Below are positions 22,169 to 31,697 of a stretch of DNA of 64,000 bases, piece after piece; position 1 is the stretch's first letter, and every line of letters starts with the position of its first letter. The DNA is from an uncultured Gemmatimonadales bacterium. Lineage in GTDB: Bacteria; Gemmatimonadota; Gemmatimonadetes; Gemmatimonadales; Gemmatimonadaceae. Position numbers and translations under genes: made by a program. The stretch lies in contig CAVPQB010000003.1 of the NCBI GenBank assembly GCA_963707505.1, forward strand, positions 576,001-640,000. The letters run 5' to 3'. Below the pieces are notes generated by a model. It saw nothing but the letters and a program-made list of their open reading frames with translations. It searched no databases and was not told the DNA's origin.

Positions 22169-23566
22169 TTACAATAACGTCCCTCGCAAGATCGCGTAGG
22201 CGACCGAGAAGTAGATGACCAGCCCGGTCACGTCCACCAGCGTCGCCACGAAGGGCGCCGAGGCGCTGGCGGGGTCGAATCCCAGCCGCCGCAGCAGGAA
22301 CGGGAGCATCGATCCCGCCATCGACCCGAAGGTGACCACCCCGACAAGAGATACGCCGATCGTGAGCGCCACGAGATTGTGGTGCGGGCCATAGTCATAC
22401 CATCCGAGATGTTGCCACGTGAGAATTCGGATGACGCCGATGACGCCGAGCACTGTGCCGAGCGCCAGTCCGGTTGGCAGCTCCCGCACCGCGACGCGCC
22501 ACCAGTCGCGCAGCGACAGCTCCCGCAGCGCGAGTGCACGAATGATGAGCGAAGTCGCCTGCGATCCGGAATTGCCGCCGGACGAGATGATCAGTGGGAT
22601 GAACAGCGCGAGCACCACCGCACGCGCGATCTCGGTCTGGAAATATCCCATCGCCGTCGCCGTGAGCATCTCACCGAGGAACAGCGCAGCGAGCCAACCG
22701 GCGCGCTTGCGCACCATGCCGAAGAGCGAGATGCGCAGGTACGGAACTTCGAGCGCGGCGACACCACCGAATCGTTGGACATCTTCTGTCGTCTCGCGCA
22801 CCATCGCATCGATGACGTCGTCGACAGTTGCCGCGCCGATCATCCTGCCGTTCTCGTCGACAACCGGAAGCGCGACGAGATTGTACTTGGAGATGAGCCG
22901 CGCGACGTCTTCTTCACTCGTGAGCGGCGACGTGGAAAGTGGCTTGCGCGCGTCGCCGATGCTGCTGATCGGAGCATTGCGATCTGCAAGTAGCAGATCC
23001 TGCAGGTGCACCGAGCGCTCGAGCTTCCCGGTCACCGGATCGACCACGTACACGGCGTAGACGGCAGTTACGTCAGGGGCGAGTATGCGGACGCGCTCGA
23101 TCGCGTCGGCGACAGTGGTGTTCGCTGCCACGCTCGCAAATTCCGTGGTCATGATCGCGCCAACCGACCCTTCCGGATAAACCAGGAGCGCGTTGAGCAC
23201 CGACCGGTCGGGCTCGTCGATCGTGGCGAGCACCGCCTTTCGCTTGCCCGGAGTCAGCTCGCGCAGGAGGTCGGCGCGCCGATCCGGCGCCATGGCGGCC
23301 ACGAGTGCGCCAGCGACTCCCTTGTTCATGTGCTGGACGATGTCATTCCGCCGGTCCAGCTCCGGCTCGTCCATCACATCCACTGCGACGTCGAAAGGCA
23401 GGTTGGCCAGAACCCGTGCAGCCTTGGGCGGCTGCAGCTGATTCACAAGCTCGGCGATGTCAGCTGCCCGGAGGGGAGCGACAAGCTGCGCCAGAGTTTC
23501 AGGCTTGCTGGAGGCCTCGTAGAGCGAGGTCGCTGTGGGCGTGTCTTGCAGGACGGCGGTGGCCAT
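22169..23566 (-). CDS. mgtE: magnesium transporter MgtE
   Basis: MgtE_N domain, CBS pair, PLIISSGGNSGSQ and DPASASAPFVATLVDVTG. Confidence 0.95.
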   Translation of the reverse strand: MATAVLQDTPTATSLYEASSKPETLAQLVAPLRAADIAELVNQLQPPKAARVLANLPFDVAVDVMDEPELDRRNDIVQHMNKGVAGALVAAMAPDRRADLLRELTPGKRKAVLATIDEPDRSVLNALLVYPEGSVGAIMTTEFASVAANTTVADAIERVRILAPDVTAVYAVYVVDPVTGKLERSVHLQDLLLADRNAPISSIGDARKPLSTSPLTSEEDVARLISKYNLVALPVVDENGRMIGAATVDDVIDAMVRETTEDVQRFGGVAALEVPYLRISLFGMVRKRAGWLAALFLGEMLTATAMGYFQTEIARAVVLALFIPLIISSGGNSGSQATSLIIRALALRELSLRDWWRVAVRELPTGLALGTVLGVIGVIRILTWQHLGWYDYGPHHNLVALTIGVSLVGVVTFGSMAGSMLPFLLRRLGFDPASASAPFVATLVDVTGLVIYFSVAYAILRGTLL

Positions 23567-23704
23567 ACGAAGGTCGGATTGAAGTGTTGGACCGGTTCTG
23601 CGGGTGCGTAATTGCCAGTTACGCGCCTATGTTAACCGACGGAGGCGAGAGATGGCGAGGGAGGCCGATTTCCGCCCGCCCCCCGACGGGGCCGTTGGAG
23701 CCCC

Positions 23705-23791
23705 TGTCATTCCCGCTACACCCTCGTCATTCCCGCCACACCATCGTCATTCCCGCTGCACCCTCGTCATTCCCGCGAAAGCGGGAATCCA
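23705..23791. repeat. three 20-bp tandem half-REP units followed by a complete CGTC-type REP
   Basis: (t/c)GTCATTCCCGC plus 8 nt (tacaccct, cacaccat, tgcaccct), then CGTCATTCCCGCGAAAGCGGGAATCCA. Confidence 0.9.
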
Positions 23792-23902
23792 CGTAGCCCG
23801 TTTACGCGATCAACGCTGTCCACCACTCCAGCCCAGCCGCCATCCGGGGTGGCGCCGTGCCCTTTGCCCCGATTAAGTTGCAAGGCTGTCCCATGAATAC
23901 AT

Positions 23903-23976
23903 CGGGGTGTAGCGTAGCCCGGTAGCGCGCTTGCTTCGGGAGCAAGAGGTCGCCGGTTCAAATCCGGCCACCCCGA
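23903..23976 (+). tRNA. tRNA-Pro (anticodon CGG)
   Basis: Acceptor stem CGGGGTG/CACCCCG, anticodon arm CTTGC-TTCGGGA-GCAAG, T-arm GCCGG-TTCAAAT-CCGGC. CCA not encoded. Confidence 0.95.
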
Positions 23977-24012
23977 CTGAGTTGTAACCGCAATCCCAAC
24001 AACGACTTACCT

Positions 24013-24048
24013 CGCGAAGCGCCGATCGACACCGATCGGCGCTTCGCG
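24013..24048. terminator. strong hairpin downstream of the tRNA
   Basis: Perfect 16-bp inverted repeat CGCGAAGCGCCGATCG-acac-CGATCGGCGCTTCGCG. No U-tract, so its role is uncertain. Confidence 0.4.
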
Positions 24049-24217
24049 CATCTCACCAAGCACCGATCCCGCCTGGTCATCATCGAGCCTGCCCCCGACG
24101 CACCGCGACGAAACTCGGACCGAAGGTGACTAATTCCCGGAAAGCGGCTGATCACAGGGTTTCGGTGAGCGTCACCGCAATCGAGTAGCTACCATCAACT
24201 CGAAATGGAGCAGGTGA

Positions 24218-25780
24218 ATGAATCGACGCATCATGTCGAGTCTTGTCGCCGCAATGGCGTTAACCGCTGTCGCCGCTACATCGTGGACATCACAACCTGT
24301 TCGCACCGATAGCGGACTTGTGACAGGTATCCGCGAGAATGGGGCTCTCGTATTCAAGGGAATACCGTTCGCCGCGCCGCCAGTGGGAGACCTCCGATGG
24401 CGTGCGCCGGAACCGCCGCGCCACTGGACCGGAGTGAAAGAGGCCGGCCGATTCTCGCCCGTGTGTATGCAGACGGGCTTCTATCCCCCCAATGCGCCAG
24501 CGGAGCCGATGAGCGAGGATTGTCTATACCTCAACGTTTGGGTGCCCCTCTCATCAAAGAAGCAACAGCTGCCAGTGATGGTATGGATTTACGGCGGCGG
24601 TCTTGAAAACGGCTCCGCTTCGACACCGCTCTATGCAGGCGACCGCCTCGTGCAGAAAGATGTGATCGTCGTTACTGCGAACTACAGACTGGGCGTGTTC
24701 GGATTTCTCGCTCACCCAGATCTATCGCGCGAGTCGGCTCATCACACATCCGGCAATTATGGTCTGCTCGATCAGATCGCCGCGTTGCGTTGGGTGCATC
24801 GCAACATTGCGGCATTCGGAGGTGATCCGGATCGCGTCACAGTGTTCGGCCAATCCTCGGGCTCGATTTCGATCAGCGCACTCACGACATCGCCACTCGC
24901 GAAGGGTCTCTTTCAGCGCGCGATAGGGGAAAGTGGCGCTCTCTTCGAGCCGCTGGATCTCTTTCCAGCGTTTCAGTTGGCGGGCGCTGAAAAAGATGGG
25001 GAGGCATTCGTGTCCCGGACGGGCGCAGTGTCGTTGGAGGAATTGCGCAACCGGTCGGCTACAGATTTGATGAAGACGCAGTTCGACGCACACCTGATCA
25101 TCGATGGCTTCGCCTTAACGCAGCTGCCCTACCAGGCTTATGAGAGCGGCGAACAGAGCAACGTCGCGCTCCTGATCGGCTCTAACGTGGACGAAGGCCA
25201 GACTTTTCTTGCCGGCCGCACAATCACGCATCAGAACTTCACGCATGAGCTGGAGAGAGATTTTCCTGATGTGCTGGTTCAGGCGATTCATCCGCTATCC
25301 GGTGTCACTGATGCGTCGGCGCGAGCCGCTGCAGCAGCGTTCGAGCGCGACATGCGGTTTCGCTGGGACATGTGGACGTGGGCTCATCTTGCGTCCCAGT
25401 CTGGACGAAACAAGGTTTTCTTCTATCAATTCTCGTATGCGCCGCCGCACATGCCCGGCGACAAGGATTCTGTTCCCGGCGCGAGCCACGGCTCGGAAAT
25501 GCCCTACGTGTTCGGCCATCTCAACGAATCCACCGGCGCGGTGACATCTCGGGATCGCAAGCTCGCGCACGACATGACTTCGTACTGGACCAACTTCGCG
25601 AAATACGGTGATCCCAACGGCCCGGATCTTCCAGCTTGGCCGGCATGGAGTGCATCGAGCAAAGACATCATGCAGTTCGGTGATGAGATCAAGGCAGACA
25701 CACTGCTGGATCAGGACGCGCTACGGACTATTGACCGTGTCTATGGCAGTCTCCGCAAGCCGGGGCGCGCTCCGATCTAG
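24218..25780 (+). CDS. type-B carboxylesterase (PnbA/COesterase family), secreted
   Basis: GIPFAAPPVGDLRW, SEDCLYLNVW, GNYGLLDQ, nucleophile elbow GQSSG, ASHGSE; signal peptide. Confidence 0.92.
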   Translation: MNRRIMSSLVAAMALTAVAATSWTSQPVRTDSGLVTGIRENGALVFKGIPFAAPPVGDLRWRAPEPPRHWTGVKEAGRFSPVCMQTGFYPPNAPAEPMSEDCLYLNVWVPLSSKKQQLPVMVWIYGGGLENGSASTPLYAGDRLVQKDVIVVTANYRLGVFGFLAHPDLSRESAHHTSGNYGLLDQIAALRWVHRNIAAFGGDPDRVTVFGQSSGSISISALTTSPLAKGLFQRAIGESGALFEPLDLFPAFQLAGAEKDGEAFVSRTGAVSLEELRNRSATDLMKTQFDAHLIIDGFALTQLPYQAYESGEQSNVALLIGSNVDEGQTFLAGRTITHQNFTHELERDFPDVLVQAIHPLSGVTDASARAAAAAFERDMRFRWDMWTWAHLASQSGRNKVFFYQFSYAPPHMPGDKDSVPGASHGSEMPYVFGHLNESTGAVTSRDRKLAHDMTSYWTNFAKYGDPNGPDLPAWPAWSASSKDIMQFGDEIKADTLLDQDALRTIDRVYGSLRKPGRAPI

Positions 25781-25970
25781 CCGCTTGGACGAGCGTTGAT
25801 ACTGGTCATGGCGCTCGTGGATGTCCGTGTCTACAGGAGCATTCGATGTTGCAACGCCTGCAAAGGCACTATTCGACATGTTGTACGTGTCGGTGAGGCG
25901 CGGTCACCGTTTTGCCGTCGCGTCTTAACGTACGCGCACACCTTCTCGCACTTCGATTGGCGGGCCATTC

Positions 25971-27359
25971 GTGACTGATTCTACCGAGTCTTTCGATCTT
26001 GTGGTTATAGGCACGGGAGCCGGCGGGTCTGCGTCAGTCTCCACGTGCCGCGACGCCGGCTGGCGTGTGGCGGTTGTCGACGACCAGCCATACGGTGGCA
26101 CGTGTGAAAACCGAGGCTGTGATCCCAAGAAGGTTCTGGTTGGTGCGGCCGAGCTGGTTGACTGGCACCGACGCATGACCGGCTACGGCATCACCAGCGA
26201 TGCTCAGATTGATTGGCCTGCGCTCATGCGCTTCAAGCGCTCCCTTACCGATCCCGCGCCGGCCAAGCACGAGGCTGCCTTTGAGAAGGCAGGCGTCGTC
26301 ACGTTTCATGGTAGCGCACGGTTCACCGGTGAAGCCAGTATGGCTATAGCTGATGCAGAGGGGCACGTGCAAGAGATAGCGGCGGAGCACTTTGTAATCG
26401 CGAGCGGCGCTGTGCCCATGCCGCTAGGAATTCCGGGCGAGGAGTACGTGCGAACGAGCAGCGATTTCCTGGATATGGATGAACTGCCGAAGCGTATCGC
26501 CTTCATTGGCGCGGGCTACGTCTCCTTCGAGTTCGCGCACATCGCTCAACGTGCCGGATCACAGGTCATTATGCTGGGACGTGGCACACCGCTCGGGAAG
26601 TTCGATCAGGATCTCGTTGCACTCCTGGTGACGCATTCCGGGAGCGTAGGGATAGACATTCGCAGCGCCGCGACGGTTACGTCAATCGAGACAAGCGGTG
26701 ATGGCTTTCTGGTGCATTTTACGGCTGGTTCTGGCACCGATGCACGCACGCATAGCGTGAGTGCCGATCTGGTCGTGCATGGAGCTGGCCGAATCCCAAA
26801 GACAGAACAGCTGGAGCTAGCGCGTGCAAACGTGGCTACCGACGAGCGCGGTGCGATCATGGTGAATGAGTTTCTGCAGAGTACAACGAACCAACGCGTC
26901 TACGCAGCCGGCGACTGCACACTCCCTCCCGGCTCACTGCCGCTCACGCCCGTGGCCGCCCACGAGGGCATTGTCGTCGCATCCAACCTGCTGCACGGCA
27001 ACAGCAAGAAGCCCGACTATCGCGGCATACCAAGCGTCGTGTTCACCGTGCCGCCGCTCGCGGCCGTGGGCCTCACCGAGGCCGATGCGCGCGCGCACGG
27101 GTTCAACGTACGCGTCACGTGCGAAGACACGGCGAGCTGGTTCTCGAATCGGCGGGTGCGGGAGCCAGTCGCGATGTTCAAGACGGTGGTCGAGAAGGAG
27201 ACGGACCGCATCCTCGGAGCACATCTCCTGGGGCCAGACGCACCCGACGTCATCAACATATTCGCGCTCGCCGTGCGCCATGGCTTAACCGCAACGCACC
27301 TGAAGCACATGATTTACGCATACCCAACCAGCACATCCGATGTGAGCCACATGCTGTAG
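25971..27359 (+). CDS. pyridine nucleotide-disulfide oxidoreductase (glutathione reductase/dihydrolipoyl dehydrogenase-like)
   Basis: GTGAGG FAD motif, redox-active GGTCENRGCDPKK, GAGYV, C-terminal YAYPT. No MerA C-terminal CC. Confidence 0.88.
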   Translation: MTDSTESFDLVVIGTGAGGSASVSTCRDAGWRVAVVDDQPYGGTCENRGCDPKKVLVGAAELVDWHRRMTGYGITSDAQIDWPALMRFKRSLTDPAPAKHEAAFEKAGVVTFHGSARFTGEASMAIADAEGHVQEIAAEHFVIASGAVPMPLGIPGEEYVRTSSDFLDMDELPKRIAFIGAGYVSFEFAHIAQRAGSQVIMLGRGTPLGKFDQDLVALLVTHSGSVGIDIRSAATVTSIETSGDGFLVHFTAGSGTDARTHSVSADLVVHGAGRIPKTEQLELARANVATDERGAIMVNEFLQSTTNQRVYAAGDCTLPPGSLPLTPVAAHEGIVVASNLLHGNSKKPDYRGIPSVVFTVPPLAAVGLTEADARAHGFNVRVTCEDTASWFSNRRVREPVAMFKTVVEKETDRILGAHLLGPDAPDVINIFALAVRHGLTATHLKHMIYAYPTSTSDVSHML

Positions 27360-27461
27360 GCCTTGATCTCAACGCCAGCGTATGCCATTCGGAAAGCACC
27401 GCGCAACGAATCTTATGGTGTTCTCGCCCGTGCCGCGCCGAGATGGACTTTGTGGCGCGGC

Positions 27462-30005
27462 TCACGCGTGCAAGGGCGACTCGAGCATGGCGTCGATCTC
27501 TGCGGAGACGTCTGCACTGGTCCAGTAGCGAGTGTGCGTGCCGGCCCCAAGGCATCGGTCGTACCGATCGAGGGGCGCATCGCGCTGAGCTCGCTCGACG
27601 AATTCCTGCCGCCGCCAAATGTCGGGCCAGGACATCGAACGCCAGAGGCTGCGACCGACGTAGTCACCGGTGGTGTAGAGGTTCACCCATTCCGCCACGT
27701 TCAGCTCCGCAGGGTCGGGATACGCGTGATACGCCGACGTAGTCACGCTGTCGTCGTTGTTGTAATCCACCCACTCGTATAGATGCGGAAAATTTGCGGC
27801 GTATAGCTGTCGCAGCGGCGAGCCCATCGTGAGCAGAGTCACCCTGACGCTACTGATGTCGGGATCCGTCGCGCCGACGATCTTCAGAAAACGAAGCATG
27901 TCGGTTGCTATCACTGTGCCCTGGCTATGCGATACGATCACGATCCTGTTGAACATCGGCTTACCGGCGGCGTCGCGCCGACCGAGTATGTGCCGAAGCA
28001 GCGACGCGAAGCGCGCGGCCATCTTCGCTCTCGGCGTGGCCCAGCTCGGCGACTCCCGCAGATAATTATCAACATCGAGGATGATGCCGAGCGCAGGTCG
28101 TGCGTGACTCGCGAGAGCGGAGACGCGAAGCCGGACCACGGCAAGCCCCGCGGCGGAAGTCACGAGAACGACCGCCAGCCAATTGACTATCACGCGCGTC
28201 GCCGTCGGGTCGAACCCACTCGTGCTCGCACCCATCGATAGCCAGTCGTGAATGCCCCCAACGAGTATGAATACGACAATTCCAACCACGAGGCAGTCCC
28301 CCGCCACCGCCGCCCATACAAAGCCCGAGCTCATCCAGCGGCCGAGCGCCAGGCTACGCTCGTCGCTCGGATCGCGCGACGATGGCGTCCACACGCTGGT
28401 GACGGCGATCAGCACGACGAGCCATGATATCAGTACCACCGTGACCGCGCCGATAACGAGGATCGGCTCGAACCCCGACGTCCCGCTGGTGGTTATCAGC
28501 GCGGTGAAAAACTTTGAGGCCGACGTCACTCCGACATCAGTAACTACCGCTGGCACGATCTGGGGAAGGCACGCTCGCGTGCCTTTGACGCAAGGTGGCA
28601 ACAAGCCCAACCTCGACTGCTGCGACTCCGCGACGTTCACCACCGACTGGTATCCAACCAGAGCAAACACGATGAACAGAAACGCGCTCAGAGCGAGTGT
28701 CACGCGCGCGGTTCGTGCGACTCGTCGCGCACGCATCGTGGAGTCCTTGAACGCGGCCTTGTATATGATGGGTATTGATAGGATCAAGGCGAACAACGCA
28801 GCGACCCAGACCAGTCCCCAGGATACGGTGAGCGCGAGGTATCCCGACTCGAAGCCAAGCAGCGCCGCATATCTGATCCGCTCAGCGAGCTCGCCGCCAG
28901 GAATCGCCGACCGGTTCGCGACGACGAGCAGCAGCGTAATCATGAGCACGGCGCACCCAGCGAACCGCGCATGCGATCGCACGCGGCCGTAGGATCGGAT
29001 GATCGCCCAGAACGCGACAGCGCTTGTCAACCCGAGCAGACATGAAACAAGGACGGTTCCGGCGGGCTCACGCGTGACGGCCCCATTGCGAAATAGCCAC
29101 CACACCACGCCGCATAGAACGATCAGGAATCCGACGAAAAGATTGGATCCCCACCGAAGCGCGGTGAAGCGATAGAGACCGTAGCCGACAGCACCGGCGA
29201 TGACGATGGCCGCAGCGATGATCCCGATCGTGAAGCGTGCACCGGCCGGTATTGCCGCGGGAACGAACAGCGGCAGGAAGACGAGCATCACCAGTGTAGA
29301 CAGGGGTACCACAAGCGTGAATGCGCGCACTGCGGTCGTGTGCGCGAACGAGTAGAGCTTCCATCGCCGAGCGACCACGCCGTCTTCTTTATAGAGCTCC
29401 TTCGCCACGTCGACGCCCTTGCGTCCGAGATGGCTGACGTGTAACAGAAGCTGGTAGATCGCACCGAAAACTCGCAGCACACCGCTTCCGAGCCGTGATA
29501 GATCGGCCCAGTGCATCTCGAACACATGGATCGTCTGGACGGATCCGGTGCTTCGGCCTCGCCGGGTCCCGCATATTTCAACGGTTGCGTAAGCATCTTG
29601 ATGACCCGCGCCATCGAACCCGGCTAGTTGCTCGCGCATGAATGCTACACCCGCCGTCTCCCCGTACCGCAATGTCGGAAGCTCAGTACGATCGGCGGTC
29701 GCGTTGGACGGATGCGTCTCGTCCGGTACGGAACCCCGTGCCGCTACGCGCCCCTCGGGCGATGGGCTATTCTCACTCGCGGCATCAGCGACTTGCGCCT
29801 GCGCCGCTACGGGACTCGGCGCAATGAGCGGATCGACGGCGACGTAGATCGCGCTTTCATCGAAGCCGCTGTATTCGCCCGCTGGTGCGAACTCGGTCAA
29901 TAGAGCGGCGATCGCCCGGGCGGTGCTGAACGGAGGTGGGCTACCCACGCCGTGCACACCAATGATCGCTACGTGCTCGGCAGCCGGTGTTACCGCGTCA
30001 GTCAC
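27462..30005 (-). CDS. large polytopic membrane protein with split alpha/beta-hydrolase motifs
   Basis: N-terminal VHGVG, about 10 TM helices, C-terminal SHSQG, TMGSPL, WVNLYTTGDYVG and HTRYW. Start GTG 30005 (ORF extends to 30062). Confidence 0.7.
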   Translation of the reverse strand: MTDAVTPAAEHVAIIGVHGVGSPPPFSTARAIAALLTEFAPAGEYSGFDESAIYVAVDPLIAPSPVAAQAQVADAASENSPSPEGRVAARGSVPDETHPSNATADRTELPTLRYGETAGVAFMREQLAGFDGAGHQDAYATVEICGTRRGRSTGSVQTIHVFEMHWADLSRLGSGVLRVFGAIYQLLLHVSHLGRKGVDVAKELYKEDGVVARRWKLYSFAHTTAVRAFTLVVPLSTLVMLVFLPLFVPAAIPAGARFTIGIIAAAIVIAGAVGYGLYRFTALRWGSNLFVGFLIVLCGVVWWLFRNGAVTREPAGTVLVSCLLGLTSAVAFWAIIRSYGRVRSHARFAGCAVLMITLLLVVANRSAIPGGELAERIRYAALLGFESGYLALTVSWGLVWVAALFALILSIPIIYKAAFKDSTMRARRVARTARVTLALSAFLFIVFALVGYQSVVNVAESQQSRLGLLPPCVKGTRACLPQIVPAVVTDVGVTSASKFFTALITTSGTSGFEPILVIGAVTVVLISWLVVLIAVTSVWTPSSRDPSDERSLALGRWMSSGFVWAAVAGDCLVVGIVVFILVGGIHDWLSMGASTSGFDPTATRVIVNWLAVVLVTSAAGLAVVRLRVSALASHARPALGIILDVDNYLRESPSWATPRAKMAARFASLLRHILGRRDAAGKPMFNRIVIVSHSQGTVIATDMLRFLKIVGATDPDISSVRVTLLTMGSPLRQLYAANFPHLYEWVDYNNDDSVTTSAYHAYPDPAELNVAEWVNLYTTGDYVGRSLWRSMSWPDIWRRQEFVERAQRDAPLDRYDRCLGAGTHTRYWTSADVSAEIDAMLESPLHA

Positions 30006-30013
30006 GTGTGATC

Positions 30014-30157
30014 TCAGCGGCTGGTGAAAGCAAATGGCGCATCCGGGAGCGTCGCAAGACACACAGATGACGCGCCTGGATGACCATTCCCAATTTCCAC
30101 ATCACACACCACATGGTCTCCATCCCACACCATGCAGGTACCCAGCTTGGTAGGCAT
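30014..30157 (-). CDS. putative 47-aa small protein
   Basis: ATG preceded by GGAG; MPTKLGTCMVWDGDHVVCDVEIGNGHPGASSVCLATLPDAPFAFTSR; ends 8 nt before the large membrane gene. Confidence 0.35.
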   Translation of the reverse strand: MPTKLGTCMVWDGDHVVCDVEIGNGHPGASSVCLATLPDAPFAFTSR

Positions 30158-30390
30158 CGTGATCTCCCACTTGGGGACTTGCGATAATAGGGCCGCCGTA
30201 AGGTGACGGCAAGTGTTGATGTGAGACGACCCTACCACGAACCGACTGTGCCAGGCTATCCAACGTTTTATCGCGGTAAACCGTTGGCGACTTTGAAATC
30301 AAGCGCCGTCAGTGGTTAAGCACTCCCAGTTCATAGGTGACCGCGCTCTGTGTCAATCTCGTCAGCTTTTCGCCGCCCGTCCCCACCCAC

Positions 30391-30422
30391 GCTTCGGGAG
30401 CAAGAGATCGCCGGTTCAATCC
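30391..30422 (+). repeat. degenerate duplicate of the tRNA-Pro 3' half (att-like direct repeat)
   Basis: GCTTCGGGAGCAAGAGATCGCCGGTTCAATCC versus tRNA GCTTCGGGAGCAAGAGGTCGCCGGTTCAAATCC: one substitution and one deletion. Confidence 0.85.
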
Positions 30423-31546
30423 TATTGCTTTGGCTCCGTATCCTTCATGAACTGTACGAAATAATCCTTCCACACAGCCGCCATCGTGTGCGTTCCGTGA
30501 CCTCTTGTGGCATCGGATATTGGAATCAACACGAACTTCCCATGTGGAATGCGCTTCACCATCTGCTCCGCCAGACCCAGCTCGGGTGGATTGATGAAGT
30601 CGTCGGCTGAGTTGATCCACAACATTGGCGCGACGATCGTTTCAAGCTTGCTGCTCGGATCGTAGTTCCGCGACGCATCGAAATAGTAAATGAGATCGTT
30701 CGCGTCCGTCGTTGCGGGCATGCGTTTCATGTAGTTATCGACGTATGCTTCCGCCAGCGCGCGCGTGGAGTCACGCTTCTGCATCTGAAGCGGCGCGGAG
30801 CCCATCACCAACAGCATCGCCGCTGCGCCCCGCAGCCCCTCGACGGGCTCAGTCCTGTATTCGCCGCCCATCCATGCGGGATCGTTCTTCACGGACTGGA
30901 TCGCGATGTAGCGCGTAATGCGATTGCGTCCGGCAATCTCCACCGCGTTGCACGCAAGCGGTGTCAACGCATCCATGAACTGGGGGTAGGTCTCACCCCA
31001 GACGAACGCCTGCATGCAACCCATGGATGTTCCTATCACGAGCCGCAAGTGATCGACGTGCAAGCCCTCGGTGAGCATCGTGTGCTGCGACGCGACCATG
31101 TCGTCGTAGTCATAGTGCGGGAACCGCATGTGAAGGCCGTCCGATGGTTTGCTCGACTGACCATGGCCGATGTCGTCCGGAAAAATCAGGTAATACTTGT
31201 TGATGTCGAGCGCCTGGCCGGGCCCGAACAGCACATTCGAAAAGGACGGCGCGAGAAGATTGCGTGCATTCCCGCCCGTGCCGTGAAGCAGTAGCACCGC
31301 GTTGTCGACGTGACCCGCGGCATTCCTGTGCGGCGTCCCCAGCGTCAGATAGTGAAGCTTCAGTTCAGGAATGGTCTCGCCGGACCGAAAGTGGAAATCC
31401 TTGATTGCATACGTACCGTCAGTGGTCGGCCACACTGGTGCCGGGGGACGGCCGTTCTGAGCAATCACGACGCCCGGACAGATGGCAATCAGCGCAAGGA
31501 AGGCCATGATTCGTGCAGAACGGTGGGAACGGCGGTTCACTTGCAT
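30422..31546 (-). CDS. secreted alpha/beta hydrolase, homoserine acetyltransferase-like
   Basis: LHGTGG, GTSMGCM, NSADDFINP and GHGTH; N-terminal signal peptide. Confidence 0.8.
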   Translation of the reverse strand: MQVNRRSHRSARIMAFLALIAICPGVVIAQNGRPPAPVWPTTDGTYAIKDFHFRSGETIPELKLHYLTLGTPHRNAAGHVDNAVLLLHGTGGNARNLLAPSFSNVLFGPGQALDINKYYLIFPDDIGHGQSSKPSDGLHMRFPHYDYDDMVASQHTMLTEGLHVDHLRLVIGTSMGCMQAFVWGETYPQFMDALTPLACNAVEIAGRNRITRYIAIQSVKNDPAWMGGEYRTEPVEGLRGAAAMLLVMGSAPLQMQKRDSTRALAEAYVDNYMKRMPATTDANDLIYYFDASRNYDPSSKLETIVAPMLWINSADDFINPPELGLAEQMVKRIPHGKFVLIPISDATRGHGTHTMAAVWKDYFVQFMKDTEPKQ

Positions 31547-31661
31547 GCTCCGGAAGGAATGTTCTCTGTTCGAACAGCGTACACTTGATTACGTCGGGAA
31601 AACCGGAACGTTGATCGAGCGGATTGCCAGGCACGCCGCTCTTTCGACCGTCCCGGCCTTG

Positions 31662-31681
31662 CAGTATTGTATACAATCCTG
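31662..31681. promoter_or_regulatory. palindromic operator candidate (GntR/FadR-like TTGTATACAA)
   Basis: CAGTATTGTATACAATCCTG, with a perfect 12-bp core ATTGTATACAAT, upstream of the isomerase. Confidence 0.55.
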
Positions 31682-31697
31682 ACCCCGTACCTCTCCA

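Larger units (their letters stand above)
23977..30422. mobile_element. putative integrase-less genomic islet inserted at tRNA-Pro
   Basis: Bounded by the tRNA and a direct-repeat copy of tRNA nt 23933-23965 at 30391-30422. Confidence 0.6.

Noticed and set aside
23705..23791. Possible mini-CRISPR array
   Set aside because: The 12-bp repeats and similar 8-nt linkers are too short, the unit is a REP arm, and there are no cas genes.
23567..23900. M-box or yybP-ykoY riboswitch upstream of mgtE
   Set aside because: No recognisable consensus by eye, only one imperfect hairpin. A covariance-model search would be needed.
25971..27359. Mercuric reductase MerA
   Set aside because: Lacks the C-terminal Cys-Cys pair and the N-terminal HMA domain, and no mer genes are nearby.
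30391..30422. Second tRNA-Pro gene
   Set aside because: Only an anticodon-to-T-loop fragment, with no acceptor stem or D-arm.
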